A stretch of 62,981 nucleotides of DNA, filler included, from Phoronis australis (taxonomy: Eukaryota > Animalia > Phoronida): NCBI GenBank assembly GCA_002633005.1. It is 6 parts of 6 records of this genome, joined end to end, with 100 filler letters (N's around TTAATTAATTAA, not from the genome) between each part and the next. Parts side by side here need not be neighbours in the genome. Positions count along the whole stretch, not along the records: positions 29,121 to 45,586 come from NMRA01000146.1; positions 45,687 to 52,878 come from NMRA01002058.1; 4 more parts are not named here. One strand, given 5' to 3'. Numbering within the stretch: position 1 is the stretch's first letter; each line of letters starts with the position of its first letter. The notes beneath the pieces are model-generated. The model made no database searches, was not told where the DNA came from, and saw nothing but the letters and a program-made list of their open reading frames with translations. Shown piece by piece: positions 40,198 through 52,000 of this stretch. The position numbers and the translations under genes were made by a program.

Positions 40198-41620
40198 ACA
40201 CAACTGAGTTGGTAAATCTCTTAGGCATTTTTTTGTTCTTTACTCACAGTTTTTATATTTTTCTATCATTTTATATTTATTATGAACTCCTCTTTTGACT
40301 GATGGTGTTTTATAATAATATAACTAAAAACTGAGCTCTTAATTCAGTCAAAACATTTAGGGACTTGGTCCTTAAATTAGGTGCATTGCATGAAAAGATC
40401 CCTACTAATTTTCAATCATTGAGAATTCAACGTAGAAAACTCCCAAAAACGTAGTAGTTTTAGGCGGCAGTGGAGTCGCTACTTGGGACTGATTCACTGG
40501 ACCCCAAACATCCGCGCCCGATGGTATCTGAAACGGGTAGCGCATTGGGGTGGGTTGTGGTGAATGAAACTGGAGGCAAGAGGGGTACGGGTTCCAAACC
40601 TGCAAGAGATCATCTGGAATTCCTGTCAGAAGTCCAGTAAACCTGCCTTGTATGCCCCCATAAAATAGCCAAGATGCCTATTGAATATGCAATCCATTTT
40701 ATATATTTTTACTATGCTTTCCAGCTCTCATAAATCACTCACATTTTTAAATCAACTATCAGCAGTTAGTTAAAGGCATATTCAGCCTGCGTTGGCAGGC
40801 CAACTTCATAGTAAATAACATAACGACGCCTTATTTCTTGACTTGATGTTTTAAAACCCATGTCAAAACAAAAATCTAAACAAACAACATCGTCACTGAA
40901 GTTTAACAAGTTTCCAAGGTAATACACATACCACCGAAGTGTCCACAGATGTATGGATAAATGTGCCTTTAAAAGAACACTTCCTTCACAACTTCCTATG
41001 GCAAATAATCAAGTAGGTTACCAAACCATAAACATAAGAGTTATTATGCACTGAAGTACATATCATGATCTTGTTATACAGATTATTGATCAACGACAGC
41101 CAGGATGTTGACTGTATGGGATCACAAGAAATAATTTAAATAAGTAATAGCAGATAAACAATAATAAATAATCAAGAATAACAAATATATGATAAAAAAA
41201 ACAATAATAAAACTAGTAAATAATAGTAAATATAATTATCTTTTAGATCTGAATGTATTAAGACTGCAGAACAAAATGAAAAAAGTAATTAGAAGCATCA
41301 ATGGGCATAGAATAAACTAATCAGTAGTTTCCAAAATCATGCAAACAATTTATGACAATTTTCTATATCAGCAATCAAATGCAGGAAACAGTAAAAACAC
41401 CCAGTCCATCACTGAATGACTGGCAAGAGATTCACGCAGAAATATCCTCTGTTTCACTCATGAACATCACCTATCTTAATCATTGAGGAAGCAAAAAATC
41501 ATGAGTCACGAATTTTCAATTAACTGTTGCTGCAGCCGTAGGCAGTGCTAAAAGCACCATTGCGTTTTTTACTGACGGGAGCCGTGATACATGTATCTTG
41601 CCACATTTGTTTATTGCACG

Positions 41621-43617
41621 CACACTCCCTAGACGTGTCTACAGGCCATGAAACAACAATGTCCACCAGTGGCCGTCCGATGGGATTTCGCTAGGTGGAC
41701 TGTCTCCCTATCTAGGGTCTCTGATAGTAGCACCAAAGATGCTGAAGTTAATGGCGCCATGCCTAATCCGACAGCACCACTGACAATTCCCTCTACAGTC
41801 ACGGGCACAATAGGGATCGCTGGGTGCAGACTTTTCGGCATCCCCACTTGACTTACTTTCTCATGCAAGTCAACAACTTTCTGAAAGGAATGAATACAAA
41901 AATACATTTAAGGTATCTATACATGTTAACTACCTACAACTGTCTACTTGTCCACCCCCAGATTTTTAACAAACAGCCTGGCTTAAGACTCATCCTCTGA
42001 TTTTAAGCATATTTTTAATCAAAGGGCTTTAAAAATCCCAAGTGTGTTAAACCAAACAAATATTTGAAATACCATTTCAGATCAAGAAAAGTATACATCC
42101 AAGCCATGAAATCAAAAACAACATAGTCCGCTTTTTATAACTATAGTAAGTAGAGAGGTGAGCTTCAGGTAGCAATACAATAGGTATAGCAACACCATCA
42201 GTCATGGAGGATGAAATTATGGTCATTATCAATTATGTCCTATTACCTCACCTAAGAGCTTTACTAAAGCAGCACTGCATGGTGCTCAGCAGATGGGGGT
42301 GTTTCACTGGGCTCACTCGTGGCGTAGCTGTGATTTATTGGCTGGAAAAATATCATTTATATTATAACAAATACAACATGCAGGAAAAATATGTGGCATC
42401 AGCACTATTCTCTATAATGCAGCGTCACTCACTCTTTCCCATTATTGCAGCTAAGTAATAACCCTTCGGAGTAATGTTGCTTTGGAATAACACCTGATTG
42501 ATATATTTTTCAAGTAATGACCCTTCGGACTAAAGGTCCTTCAAAGTGCAATGAATGCCCACCACAGTAAAGACCTAACTAAACCCATACTAGTCTACTG
42601 GACCAGTGCTGTAGTGAGGCGTAGGCGCAGCCAACCACCTTTTGGCATTTGAAGGTAGCGCCTACGCACCGTAAGTTACGTTCAGTGCTCAATGTGATAC
42701 GGTGGGCTTTAGGCACCTACTTACCTCTAATTTACCTCTACTGCACTGTACTGGAACAAGTTAACATCGCAGCATTTCTCCTTAGCAGGTCCTCACACTT
42801 GCTGTTTATCACCAATCTCTTGGATCTGAATGAATAAACACTGAAGTGAATTGAAGAAGTGAAAGAAATTACAGTTTAGAGCCAATCATAGAATAGAAAC
42901 ACAAGTTATCAGTAGGCCCTAAGTCATGAAACACATGCAGGGCAATTTCGGTTATGGTTTGAAAGGTGGGTCCCTCACTCAAAATTCATTTGATAACCAG
43001 TTACTACTACTGAATCACGGACGTAATTCATTGGGAGTAACTCAGTAACTGGCTCTAAAATCAAGGATTAGTACCCATCATCCCGGCCATGTGTAACGGA
43101 TTACCACAATTTCGCTTTGAGTAATCAAACAAAACCTTGAAACTTAAAGGTAAGACAAGTTCAAATCACTCTGCCAACATCAATGGTTGACAGGCAGCAT
43201 TTTCACAAAAAGAATTCTTTGTATCACTCGTATATCTCACCTGTCTTTATCAGTAGTGGGAGTGCAAGTCCCGGTTTTTCTGCAGCGCAAAAAGCTCCTC
43301 TGATCCTCTTTTTAGGGACTGCAGCCGGCATATCTTGTTCTGTAGTTACTTTACACAGCACTACCCTCAGAGGTATTAACTATGGGAAATCTATATGAAC
43401 TACATGATCAGATAAAATATCTTATCTCTGTGACCGCTGACCACGAGTATCAGCCACATTCTTTTTTTTTCCCACACACACCCGCTAGACGTCTCTACGG
43501 TCCATGGAACCACAATGGCCGCCAGTGGCCGTCCAATAGGATTTCGCTAGCTGAAACATCTCCCTCTCTACGGTCTCTGATGGTATTTCGGATACACCTC
43601 CGAGCCGAAGTTAATTG
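41621..43617. repeat. Two diverged direct copies of a ~135-bp sequence (41621-41754 and 43474-43617)
   Basis: Shared CTAGACGT...CAGTGGCCGTCC...GGATTTCGCTAG...GGTCTCTGAT...GAAGTTAAT. Confidence 0.85.
41857..43340 (-). ncRNA. Putative spliced non-coding transcript (exons ~43340-43241, 42825-42725, 42341-42252, 41880-41857)
   Basis: Four strong donors (CAG|GTGAGA, GAG|GTAAGT, TAG|GTGAGG, AAA|GTAAGT) and three pyrimidine-rich CAG acceptors; the two internal exons have stops in all three frames. Confidence 0.5.
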
Positions 43618-43897
43618 TGACTACGCGCTTGGGGACTATCAAGATTTGTTTTTCAAAGCGATGGCTGATTTCACAAGTCCAATACAAACAAGCAAGATAT
43701 AATTCATTATATTTTTACGTGATATCATGAATTATAACGAGACTACAGAACCCAAAATTTCCGCAAGCGTTCAGAGCTTTCACGACGTTCGCCCAAAAGC
43801 AAACCTGTAGTGTCCAATCATTCACAGTTACAGATTTGCCAATGGAATGCGTCTATGCATCACTGTTTGCCAGCACGTAGAAATTACAAACACTCAC

Positions 43898-43957
43898 CAG
43901 TTTTAACTGTCTTAGATGTTGAACCTGTGCTATCCCATCCTACCTTAACTGTTGTTA
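43898..43957 (-). pseudogene. 3' remnant of a fourth FN3 exon, truncated by a TE
   Basis: VTTVKVGWDSTGSTSKTVKT followed by a G|GTGAG donor; homology stops abruptly at TA|CCCAGATAGC. Confidence 0.8.
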
Positions 43958-44657
43958 CCCAGATAGCATCACTACGTTGGGCCGACGTCGCCATTCGTTG
44001 GCTCGAGGTCGATTGGTCGCGGTCGGTTTTTTGACGTTGGTCCGACGTTGGTCGGCGGTCTACGAGATGCGGCTTTTAAAAGCCTGTTTTGCACTTCCAA
44101 GTAAATTTGACGCTTGCGATATTATTTTTTTATAGTCACAGTGTGTAAGTCAACCTATTTGTCCTACTTTGAGTATTGTTCAGTCTTGACGTCGGACCAA
44201 CGTTGGCTCAGCGTCGGGCACGTTTGACGTTGGGCCGACGCGGGTGCGACGCGGTGCGAGAAATCATATGTGGTGCTGAGTCCGACGTCGGTCCAACGTC
44301 GTGTCGTGTAAAAAGTGTAGGTCCATTTAACTATAGCGTCAAATTGAAAAAGGAAAATTAAAAATACGTCTATGATTCAGAAAAATATTTACTGCCGTGC
44401 ATAAGTCAGCCTATTTGTCCTTCTTTGGGTATTGTTCAGTCTTGACGTCGAACCAACGCTGGCTCAGCGTCGGGCACGTTTGACGTTGTGCCGACGCGGG
44501 TGCGACGCCGGGTGCGAGAAATCACTGGTTGTGCTGAGTGCGACGTCGGTCCAACGACGGTCCGGCGTGTTCAAAGTGTAGCGGTCCATTTCAGAGTCAA
44601 ATTGAAAAAGGAAAATTAAAAATCCGTCTATGATTCAGAAAAATATATACTGCCGTG
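43958..44657. mobile_element. GACGTYGG-rich non-autonomous element inserted at TA, with an internal ~260-bp tandem duplication
   Basis: Starts CCCAGATAGCATCACTACGTTGGGCCGACGTCG; many ACGTTGG/CCAACGT palindromic units; 44140-44400 resembles 44400-44657. Right end uncertain. Confidence 0.7.
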
Positions 44658-45321
44658 GCAATATGTAAACATTTCATTCCAGCCGGAGCCCAGCCGCCCG
44701 CCCGACCGGGGGCGGGGCCGGGCCCCTTCCGCTGCCGGTCTTTGTTCGCTCTACGCTCGTGAGTCGTTTTCGTCACATCAAATAATTGTAGTCATTGGTT
44801 AAACACTCTCTAATTTCCAAACAGTGTCATTCTCCACAGAATTTGCCATCTTTCAAACTGTTCTCGGCACGCGGGAGTGGCCGCTGAGGGCAGTAAGTTA
44901 ACTTTTCTTCAACAGGTGTCGCTGACCAGCTAACCGGAAACTGAGTTTAAGCGCAAAACCGTTGCGTTAAGCTGTTCACATTTTCAGTATCCAGTTTATA
45001 CATTTACGTCAGCCTGTGAGGTAAGTAGATATCTAGTTTATCCTCGTAGCTGCAAAACGTGGTTTCTTGTGCTTAATCAACAGCTGATTTGATGATTTAA
45101 GAATTAAATTTCTGTCCTGATCTGACTGATCAGATGAATCAATTTTCAGAGTCCGGCAGTGCAGTGCTAGTGCAGTGGCCAGCCAGATTGCTGTGGTCGA
45201 AAATATTGGTGATCATAGCAGTTTCATCCACGCCAAAAACATGTCTGCTACTTATTGCTTGTCTGGTTCTCAAAATCAGGGACCACTAATTTCTAAATTC
45301 AATTATTCTACTGCCAGTACC

Positions 45322-45586
45322 TAGGCAATGACCATCGCCTCTGTTGGCCCGAAGCAGAGGCGATGTAGAGGCTATAGGCGCTCTGTACGCCGGAAGCTTT
45401 TCGGCGAATTTTGCCTCGCACCGAGTAAACCATCAAAGTCACGTTGTTATAAATACCTTTTGCGCATAGAGGAACACCTTAGGAGGTTGTCGATGTGTTT
45501 AATTCCTTCCAACTCGAACAAATACTCCCGTTATGAAACTTTTTCTTCGAGCAGTCCCTATTTCAGTTCCCAAAATCGTGAACTCA
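45322..45586 (+). mobile_element. Left TIR arm of the Mutator-like family, cut by the gap
   Basis: Near-identical to 53852-54116. Confidence 0.9.
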
Positions 45587-45686
45587 NNNNNNNNNNNNNN
45601 NNNNNNNNNNNNNNNNNNNNNNNNNNNNNNTTAATTAATTAANNNNNNNNNNNNNNNNNNNNNNNNNNNNNNNNNNNNNNNNNNNN
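45587..45686. other. Artificial contig spacer
   Basis: 44 N + TTAATTAATTAA + 44 N. Confidence 0.97.
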
Positions 45687-46965
45687 GTATCATCACCATC
45701 CGGATCTGGATTATCTGTCTTATCTGCATCTGAGTCCACGTCAGTATCCGAAATATCTCTTGGTTTTCGAAATAATCCTTAGCAGTCCTTCTACGCCTTC
45801 CCGTGGCAGACGACATAACTAAATGTAGAATGCGCATGTCAATCGGTAACGGAAGCCAGGATAGAGTTCAAAAACGCAAGGACCATGCAAAGAAAACAAG
45901 ACTGCGAGATTATGCAAGATATCACCATATATTTTCAATGAGAGCACCTGATTTTGGCTACAATTTCTCACAGTGACACATCTATTTTGAACTTTACCCA
46001 GTGACGTCACTAGATGCCCCAAATCACTGATTACTCCCCCAAAACCGCAAACGTCGTGCACGCTCTCTACCGAAGTTGTTGCGAACTGTTTGGCAAATTT
46101 TCAAAGGGAGTACGCGCCACAGATATAATGCGTATGCTGCCAACAAAACTCCTTATAAGGCAATGAGATGAATTCTGTCAATCTCGTTGGGCCGGTCGCA
46201 CCAAAAGTAACCAATAATAGTCATCTAAGTAAGAGATACCAAAACAACAACCAATGACAGTCATCAAAATCGTTTGCATGCAGAGTTTTGTTGAGACTGG
46301 TGCCGGTAAGTGAGACCAGTGTCGTGTGGCCCACGGAATGTTGAAAAATGCACTACGAAAATAAAATTCTGGCCACCAAAAAGATGGCCGTTGTGAAAAC
46401 TCCTGCGCAACGGTGTTTCTGCTGACTAGTTAGACTTCGCAGAACTAACCACTGAGTCTAAATTATTTTCAATGGGTTATGTGATCAGTTGTCGGCCGAA
46501 CATAAAAGGTGACTACAAAAGCGATTAGGCCTAACATAACGATCAGCTACAAAGTTTCATGCCAAACTGCACCTCCATTGAGCAGGTAGTGGATTAGGCT
46601 GATAGGTGGCACTGGGTCTTTGTTTAAATTCAAATGACTATGACTTATAGTTATCTGAGATGAATTGAAAAGATGATTGAGAGATTATTCCCAGATTTTG
46701 CATACACCCCGCCCGGTCTTTAGCTTTACATGTTGATACAAGTTTCACTGCCAGGTGACGAGCAGAACTACCCTGACTGTGCGCAATTTTGGTGTCTACG
46801 GAAGAAATACACACAGTGGTACCTTTAATCTTTATATATAGCTGTATTTTGACGACAGTGCTTCACAGCTAGCTGGCTGGCTAGACTTCAGCCAATTCGG
46901 GAGATTACGTGCGATATTGACCTGTATTTTAAATGAGAACACGTGACTTTGGTTAGATTTTAGCT

Positions 46966-47012
46966 AGGTCCTAGCGTAGGTCCTAGCGTAGGTCCTAGCG
47001 TAGGTCCTAGCG
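46966..47012. repeat. 12-bp tandem repeat (TAGGTCCTAGCG x~4)
   Basis: Direct inspection. Confidence 0.9.
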
Positions 47013-47878
47013 TTACTGAACGTATCAAGCCCAAATTTTGTACAAACAACAAAGGTCAAGGTCAAGGAATATTGTTGTAACTACGGTATGTTCTAAAGAT
47101 TGAGATAATGTGTTAACTTGTCCACAACTCAAGGAATGAAATTGCTATTCTTAAGCAATTTCTCAAATGCTCGAAGGAAAATCAATTACTTCAAGCCACT
47201 TACTACCTTGAAAAATAGACATGAAAACAGCAATTCTCACACTGTGCAGTCTGTTCTGGAAGCTGACATGTTGGACGGTAGAAAAGTAAAAATTGTTCCA
47301 TGAAACTTATTTAAATAAGTTGCTTTTTACGCCTTTAAAGTGAACTTAAAATAATAAAATTGATTTTTACTTTTGAATATTACATTTAAACTTATGTTGT
47401 TACTTTTGTAGTAACATTTTGCTTTTTATTTTACCTATGCCGATGAATTATGGGTAAATGACTGTGTAGCGCCATTTTGTTACTTCGTTCGTGTAATGAT
47501 GTTGTTCTGATAAACAGGAAAAAAGAACCTGTTTTAAGAACATTTTCTGTACATTCCGTTTATTATTTACACAAGAAGCCAGGTATAGTATTTTTGGGTT
47601 GAAGAAACGGTCAATTATTGTTTAACGGAGTGAACGCAAATCAAATTGAAATGTTGGCTTTGTCCTTACTTCCTTCGGCTGTCCCTGATCACTCGCGCCG
47701 TAGCAGTGCCAGTGGGAGTAGCGGCGTGCTGTATTCGTAAGCGTTGACGTAGTCTTTCGGCAAACGAAGTCACCTTCGTATAGTTTCAATCAAAAATCGT
47801 CAATTTATTTAAGCCTCCTGTTCTGTCAATTCTATAACTAGTCACAATCCCTCAGACTGAGGCTCAGTTCACTGACAC

Positions 47879-48650
47879 TGTAGCCTTGGTACAAAGCTGT
47901 ATGTATAATATACAGCTTTGCACCAATGTGGGTAAAAGAGTGGTAAGATAAAATCTGACACGAAATTAGTGTCATTAAAAATTACAGTCTTCCTTGAGTA
48001 AACTAAATTATTTAACGGTGTTGGAAAAAATGGCGTTCTACCGTTATTCTGCTGCTAAAGTTGTGGAGCGATTGTTATATGGCTTTCGGCGCCATGAAAT
48101 ATTGCGTCACCTGTTGGCCAGTTTCTTTTTTTGCCGATTCCTCAATCAATGTTCTTCTTTCACGAGGTTGCGTACTCGTAACAACAAATTATCGGAACTG
48201 GTATCACTTCATTGTAAGTTTTTAGAATTTTGATACAGTAAAACCGAATTTCAAAAGAAATTTTGCTGCTGCCAAGCTATCATCATCTCCCTAGAGATGT
48301 CGCAAAAATTTAGGAAATGGCGCGTGCGCGTGACACGAGCGTACTGTTTTCAAAACGACGACATACTTTTCATTGTTAGAAAAGTCCGACAGTTACGCAA
48401 GAAAATGACCTTTATTACATTGTTTTTCACTTAAACGGTTGTAACGGGCAAGGTGAGTGTCGGTTGATTCCCACATTTTGCATGCACCCCGTCCGGTCTT
48501 TAGCTTTACGTGTTGATACAAGTTTCATGGCGAGGTAACGAGCAGAACTACCCTGGCTTTGTACAATTTCGGGGTCTACGGAAGAATTGCACACAGTGGT
48601 ACCTTGCTGTATTTTGACGACAGTCTTCATACAGCTAGCTGGCTGGCTAA
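47879..48650 (+). mobile_element. ~770-bp interspersed repeat (non-autonomous TIR element)
   Basis: Homologous to 54471-55218 (direct), ~56530-57062 (inverted, older) and ~46690-46885 (partial). It ends CAGCTAGCTGGCTGGCTA, whose inverse occurs at ~53829. Confidence 0.85.
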
Positions 48651-49020
48651 ATTCACTGCTGATGATGCTTGCCAAGAAGTATGCAATATAAGCCTACATC
48701 GCCCTGGATGCCACAGGCATACAGGGGCGATAGTACATCCCCACAAAAAGTTATGCATTTCAAAATACAGGATGTAAATTCAAAGGAAACATGCTTATAT
48801 GTACAAGCAGTTATAATAAACACATACCATAACTAAGTCTGGAGATGGTTCAATCAAGATAATTTGAATAAATCGATAAAAATCTGTCACGGTTTGCTAG
48901 AGTTTCTCTTACTGGGTGCCGTTTTGAGGAAGCTACATGAAATCACGCATGTTGACGTATAAAAAGTCCAAGGGACACAAATCTTACAAATTTCATCGGA
49001 TACCTTCCCATGCTATTTCN

Positions 49021-52000
49021 ACCCATTGGGTAACGAAGCCGCCTTCCAACAGTCCGCTGGTGGCAGGGGTTATGACCAGTCTCGCAACCACGGACAGAAT
49101 GAAGACGATAGTCAGAGCTATAACAACGATGCAGATGATGGTAGAGGCTATGGTAATCAGACTAGAAATGGCCGAGGATTTGACGATAGTGAATACGATG
49201 AATATGACGACAACCTTAGCCGCAGTGGCCGAAGACGGGGTGAAGAAGATGATGGTAACTATGAGATGCCGAGCACAAACTTCCAGGATTACATGGAGGA
49301 GGATCCAGCCAATGGAAGAGAACAAAGGGCGAGAGACAGGTATGTTGGTATTGGGCGTGAAGAGAGACAGGTATGTTGGTATTGGGCGTGTTGAGAGACA
49401 GGTATGTTGGTATTGGGCATGTAGAGAGACAGGTATGTTGGTACTGGGCGTGTAGAGAGACAGGTATGTTGGTATTGGGCGTGTAGAGAGACAGGTATGT
49501 TGGTATTGGGCGTGTAGTGACGTTATGTTGAATTTTGGGATGTAAACATGCACTGCTGGGCTCACCTGTTTCTGTCACCTGTATTTTCGGCCTTTAATAT
49601 TCAAAACTACATCGGGTCATCAATGCAACATTGGATTTTGCTTGATGACCTGGTAAAAATTCCTTCCAAGTTCCTTATGAATTTGTCTTTTACTCGTCCG
49701 AATTCTACAGGAATTAAATAGAAGGGAGTTTGAATTGTTGGGCAAAAACCGGACCTTGTCGTTCATGACTCGTGCACAGACAACGTGCCCTGGTCCTCTG
49801 ATTTTCCCACAGGTAGGAGGTGAGCCTGCATAAGATATTGGAATGAGCACACAAAAACTAATTTTATGTAAAATAAAGATTACCCGTGCATCCTCAGGCA
49901 TTCCGGTGGACATTTGCTCAGTTTGCTGGTTCTTCCACTCGAGTATCGCATTTATTCATTTTCAACGGTTACCAGCTGTGTGACGTTTGTAGGAACTAAC
50001 ACTCTTAATGAGCTCATTTCCCATTTGTCGGTGCCAGGTCACATTTGGCAGGCAGACGTTATGCTAAGCATCAAGCCCTGTACCTGGTAGGGAAAAACAC
50101 CGAGGTTTGATGAGTCTATTTTGTCTATTTTAATTGCTTACCTTCAGGGAGAAGCGGGGTGAACGGCGCGAGAGACGTAGCCGGTGGGAGGACGTGGACA
50201 GTCCCCGTAGTGAGCGCCGAGACAGTGACCGACGTGGTGGAGGTAGGGAGCGCCGTGAGTCGCGAAGAGATGACCGTCATGATGATGAGCGAGACAGGAG
50301 GGACAGGGATCGTGACAGAGATCGTAGGGACGGCAGGGGCCGTAGGGACGACCGAGATAGGCAGCGAGATCGGCGTGATGAAGGCCGAGGGGACACATCG
50401 TTTGGCAATGAAGACAATGACGTGAGTTGAGATTGATGTTCATGTTTAGTAACTTTGTCAAATTTCCCTGGCAAATATCTGAATTTTAAAAAAGGTTCAA
50501 TTGCAATTTTGTTTAAATATCAATTCAACGTGGGAGACATGTAACCAGTTGACTTAATGTGCTTGTTTTGACAAATGTTAAATGTGCTCATTATGACATA
50601 TGTTAAATGTGAAAAATTTTTGATTTGCAATTTTTTCATTGAACTTCTCATTTCTTGCCTTGATATTTCCCTTATATTCCAGTACTATTGTACTTCTAAT
50701 AATGCATGAACTGTATTAAAAATACCAATAGTCTGAAAATATTAATTAAAGCAAGTTGATGTTAGAGTTTGTAAAATATCTGCAGGTTATCTGTGCGATT
50801 TGATAATTTTACAGAATATCAACATTTATTTGACTGTTTTCGTTTGTGACATAATGCTTTGACATTTCCTAGTCACAAGACAGTGGTCACAGAGACCGAG
50901 ACTATCGTGACTACAGGGACAGTGACCGTGGTTCACGTGGTAGGGACAGAGATAATGACCGGGATGATCGCGACCGAGGACGCGGCGGAGATTGGCGGCA
51001 AGACCGACCCTCTGATACAATCTTGTTACGGAGTCTGCCCATGTTTGTGAATGAGGCTCACGTGAGTGTTCTAACCTATTGATCATCAGTTATTACTAAT
51101 CTATAAAATTGTGTGTTAATTAGGATGATGCAGTGTCATTGAAAGTTGTTTAAAAGCCCCGTCGTGTCTAAAATGGATATTTCATTTGGGCCTTTTAGGG
51201 CCCGATATCTGTTCTCAATTAGTTGGTTACTAAGATGAGAAGTTGTTTTGTAGCTTGGAAGAAGTGACAGTACATAATGGCTTGAGACCATGCCCAGCCC
51301 TTAAAATGACTCTGACATGCCAACTTCCTGAATCTGGTCTCGAGTACTGTTGAATTGACAATTCTTCCCAAGCTTTGTTCTCTGTTAGAAAGAAATTGAA
51401 ATGTTTTGCTTTAAATCAAACTCAACATTTCTTTCATTTTGACTGTTTTCCAGATTCAGACGGCACTTATGTCTTTCGACGGCACTGCTAAAGATGTTCG
51501 TCACATGAAGCGTCGAGAAACAGGTGAGAATCTGTTCAACGAGTGGGCTTCGTTGATTTTTGCTGTGTGTCGGGTCTGGCTGGGGGCGTCGCTCACCGAG
51601 CATTACACTGGCAACTCTCATTGGCTCGTACTTTTTTTGTAGTGGTCTGCTGCTGACCAATAGCTATCCATATCTGTGAATATCTATTATTAAATCAACA
51701 GATGAACATGAGTTAGGTTCAAATAAAGCTTACAATTTTTCTTGAAAGTCTTCAAGCCGAGTGACTTAAAATTTTCCATGCCAGTTGATGTATAGTCTTT
51801 ATAGCTCTCACTGGAAGCTTTGTGGTAGATTCAGCTCCCGGAAATACGTTTCTGAGTTTGATAAACTTGAATGCAACTGTAACTTTTCTGGTCAGTGAAA
51901 GGCTGATATTGTGTTGGTGGTAAGTATTCTTGAGGATGAGATCCCATCTTAAGCACTCAGTGGCTCGGTGAGTGTTTTTGGTGTGGCACTTTGCGACTTA

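Noticed and set aside
41740-41850. GAAAAGTCTG resembling RNase P/MRP CR-I
   Set aside because: No complementary CR-V segment to form P4 was found downstream.
43030-43085. ATGATGG...CTGA as a box C/D snoRNA
   Set aside because: Box C is imperfect, the unit is very short, and the putative guide pairs intramolecularly with 42875-42890; not supportable without an Rfam or snoscan search.
41857-43330. Faint CENP-W-like peptides in the non-coding exons
   Set aside because: Similarity is limited to a few residues in different frames and would need multiple frameshifts.
45328-45642. Repeated ORFs MTIASVGP... (45328, 54455) and MSKLNYLTVL... (47994, 54590)
   Set aside because: Chance ORFs inside non-autonomous repeat copies; no transposase motifs.
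49331-49516. CRISPR-like appearance of regular repeats (also 7241, 22069, 60025)
   Set aside because: Head-to-tail units without unique spacers, no cas genes, and a eukaryotic context.
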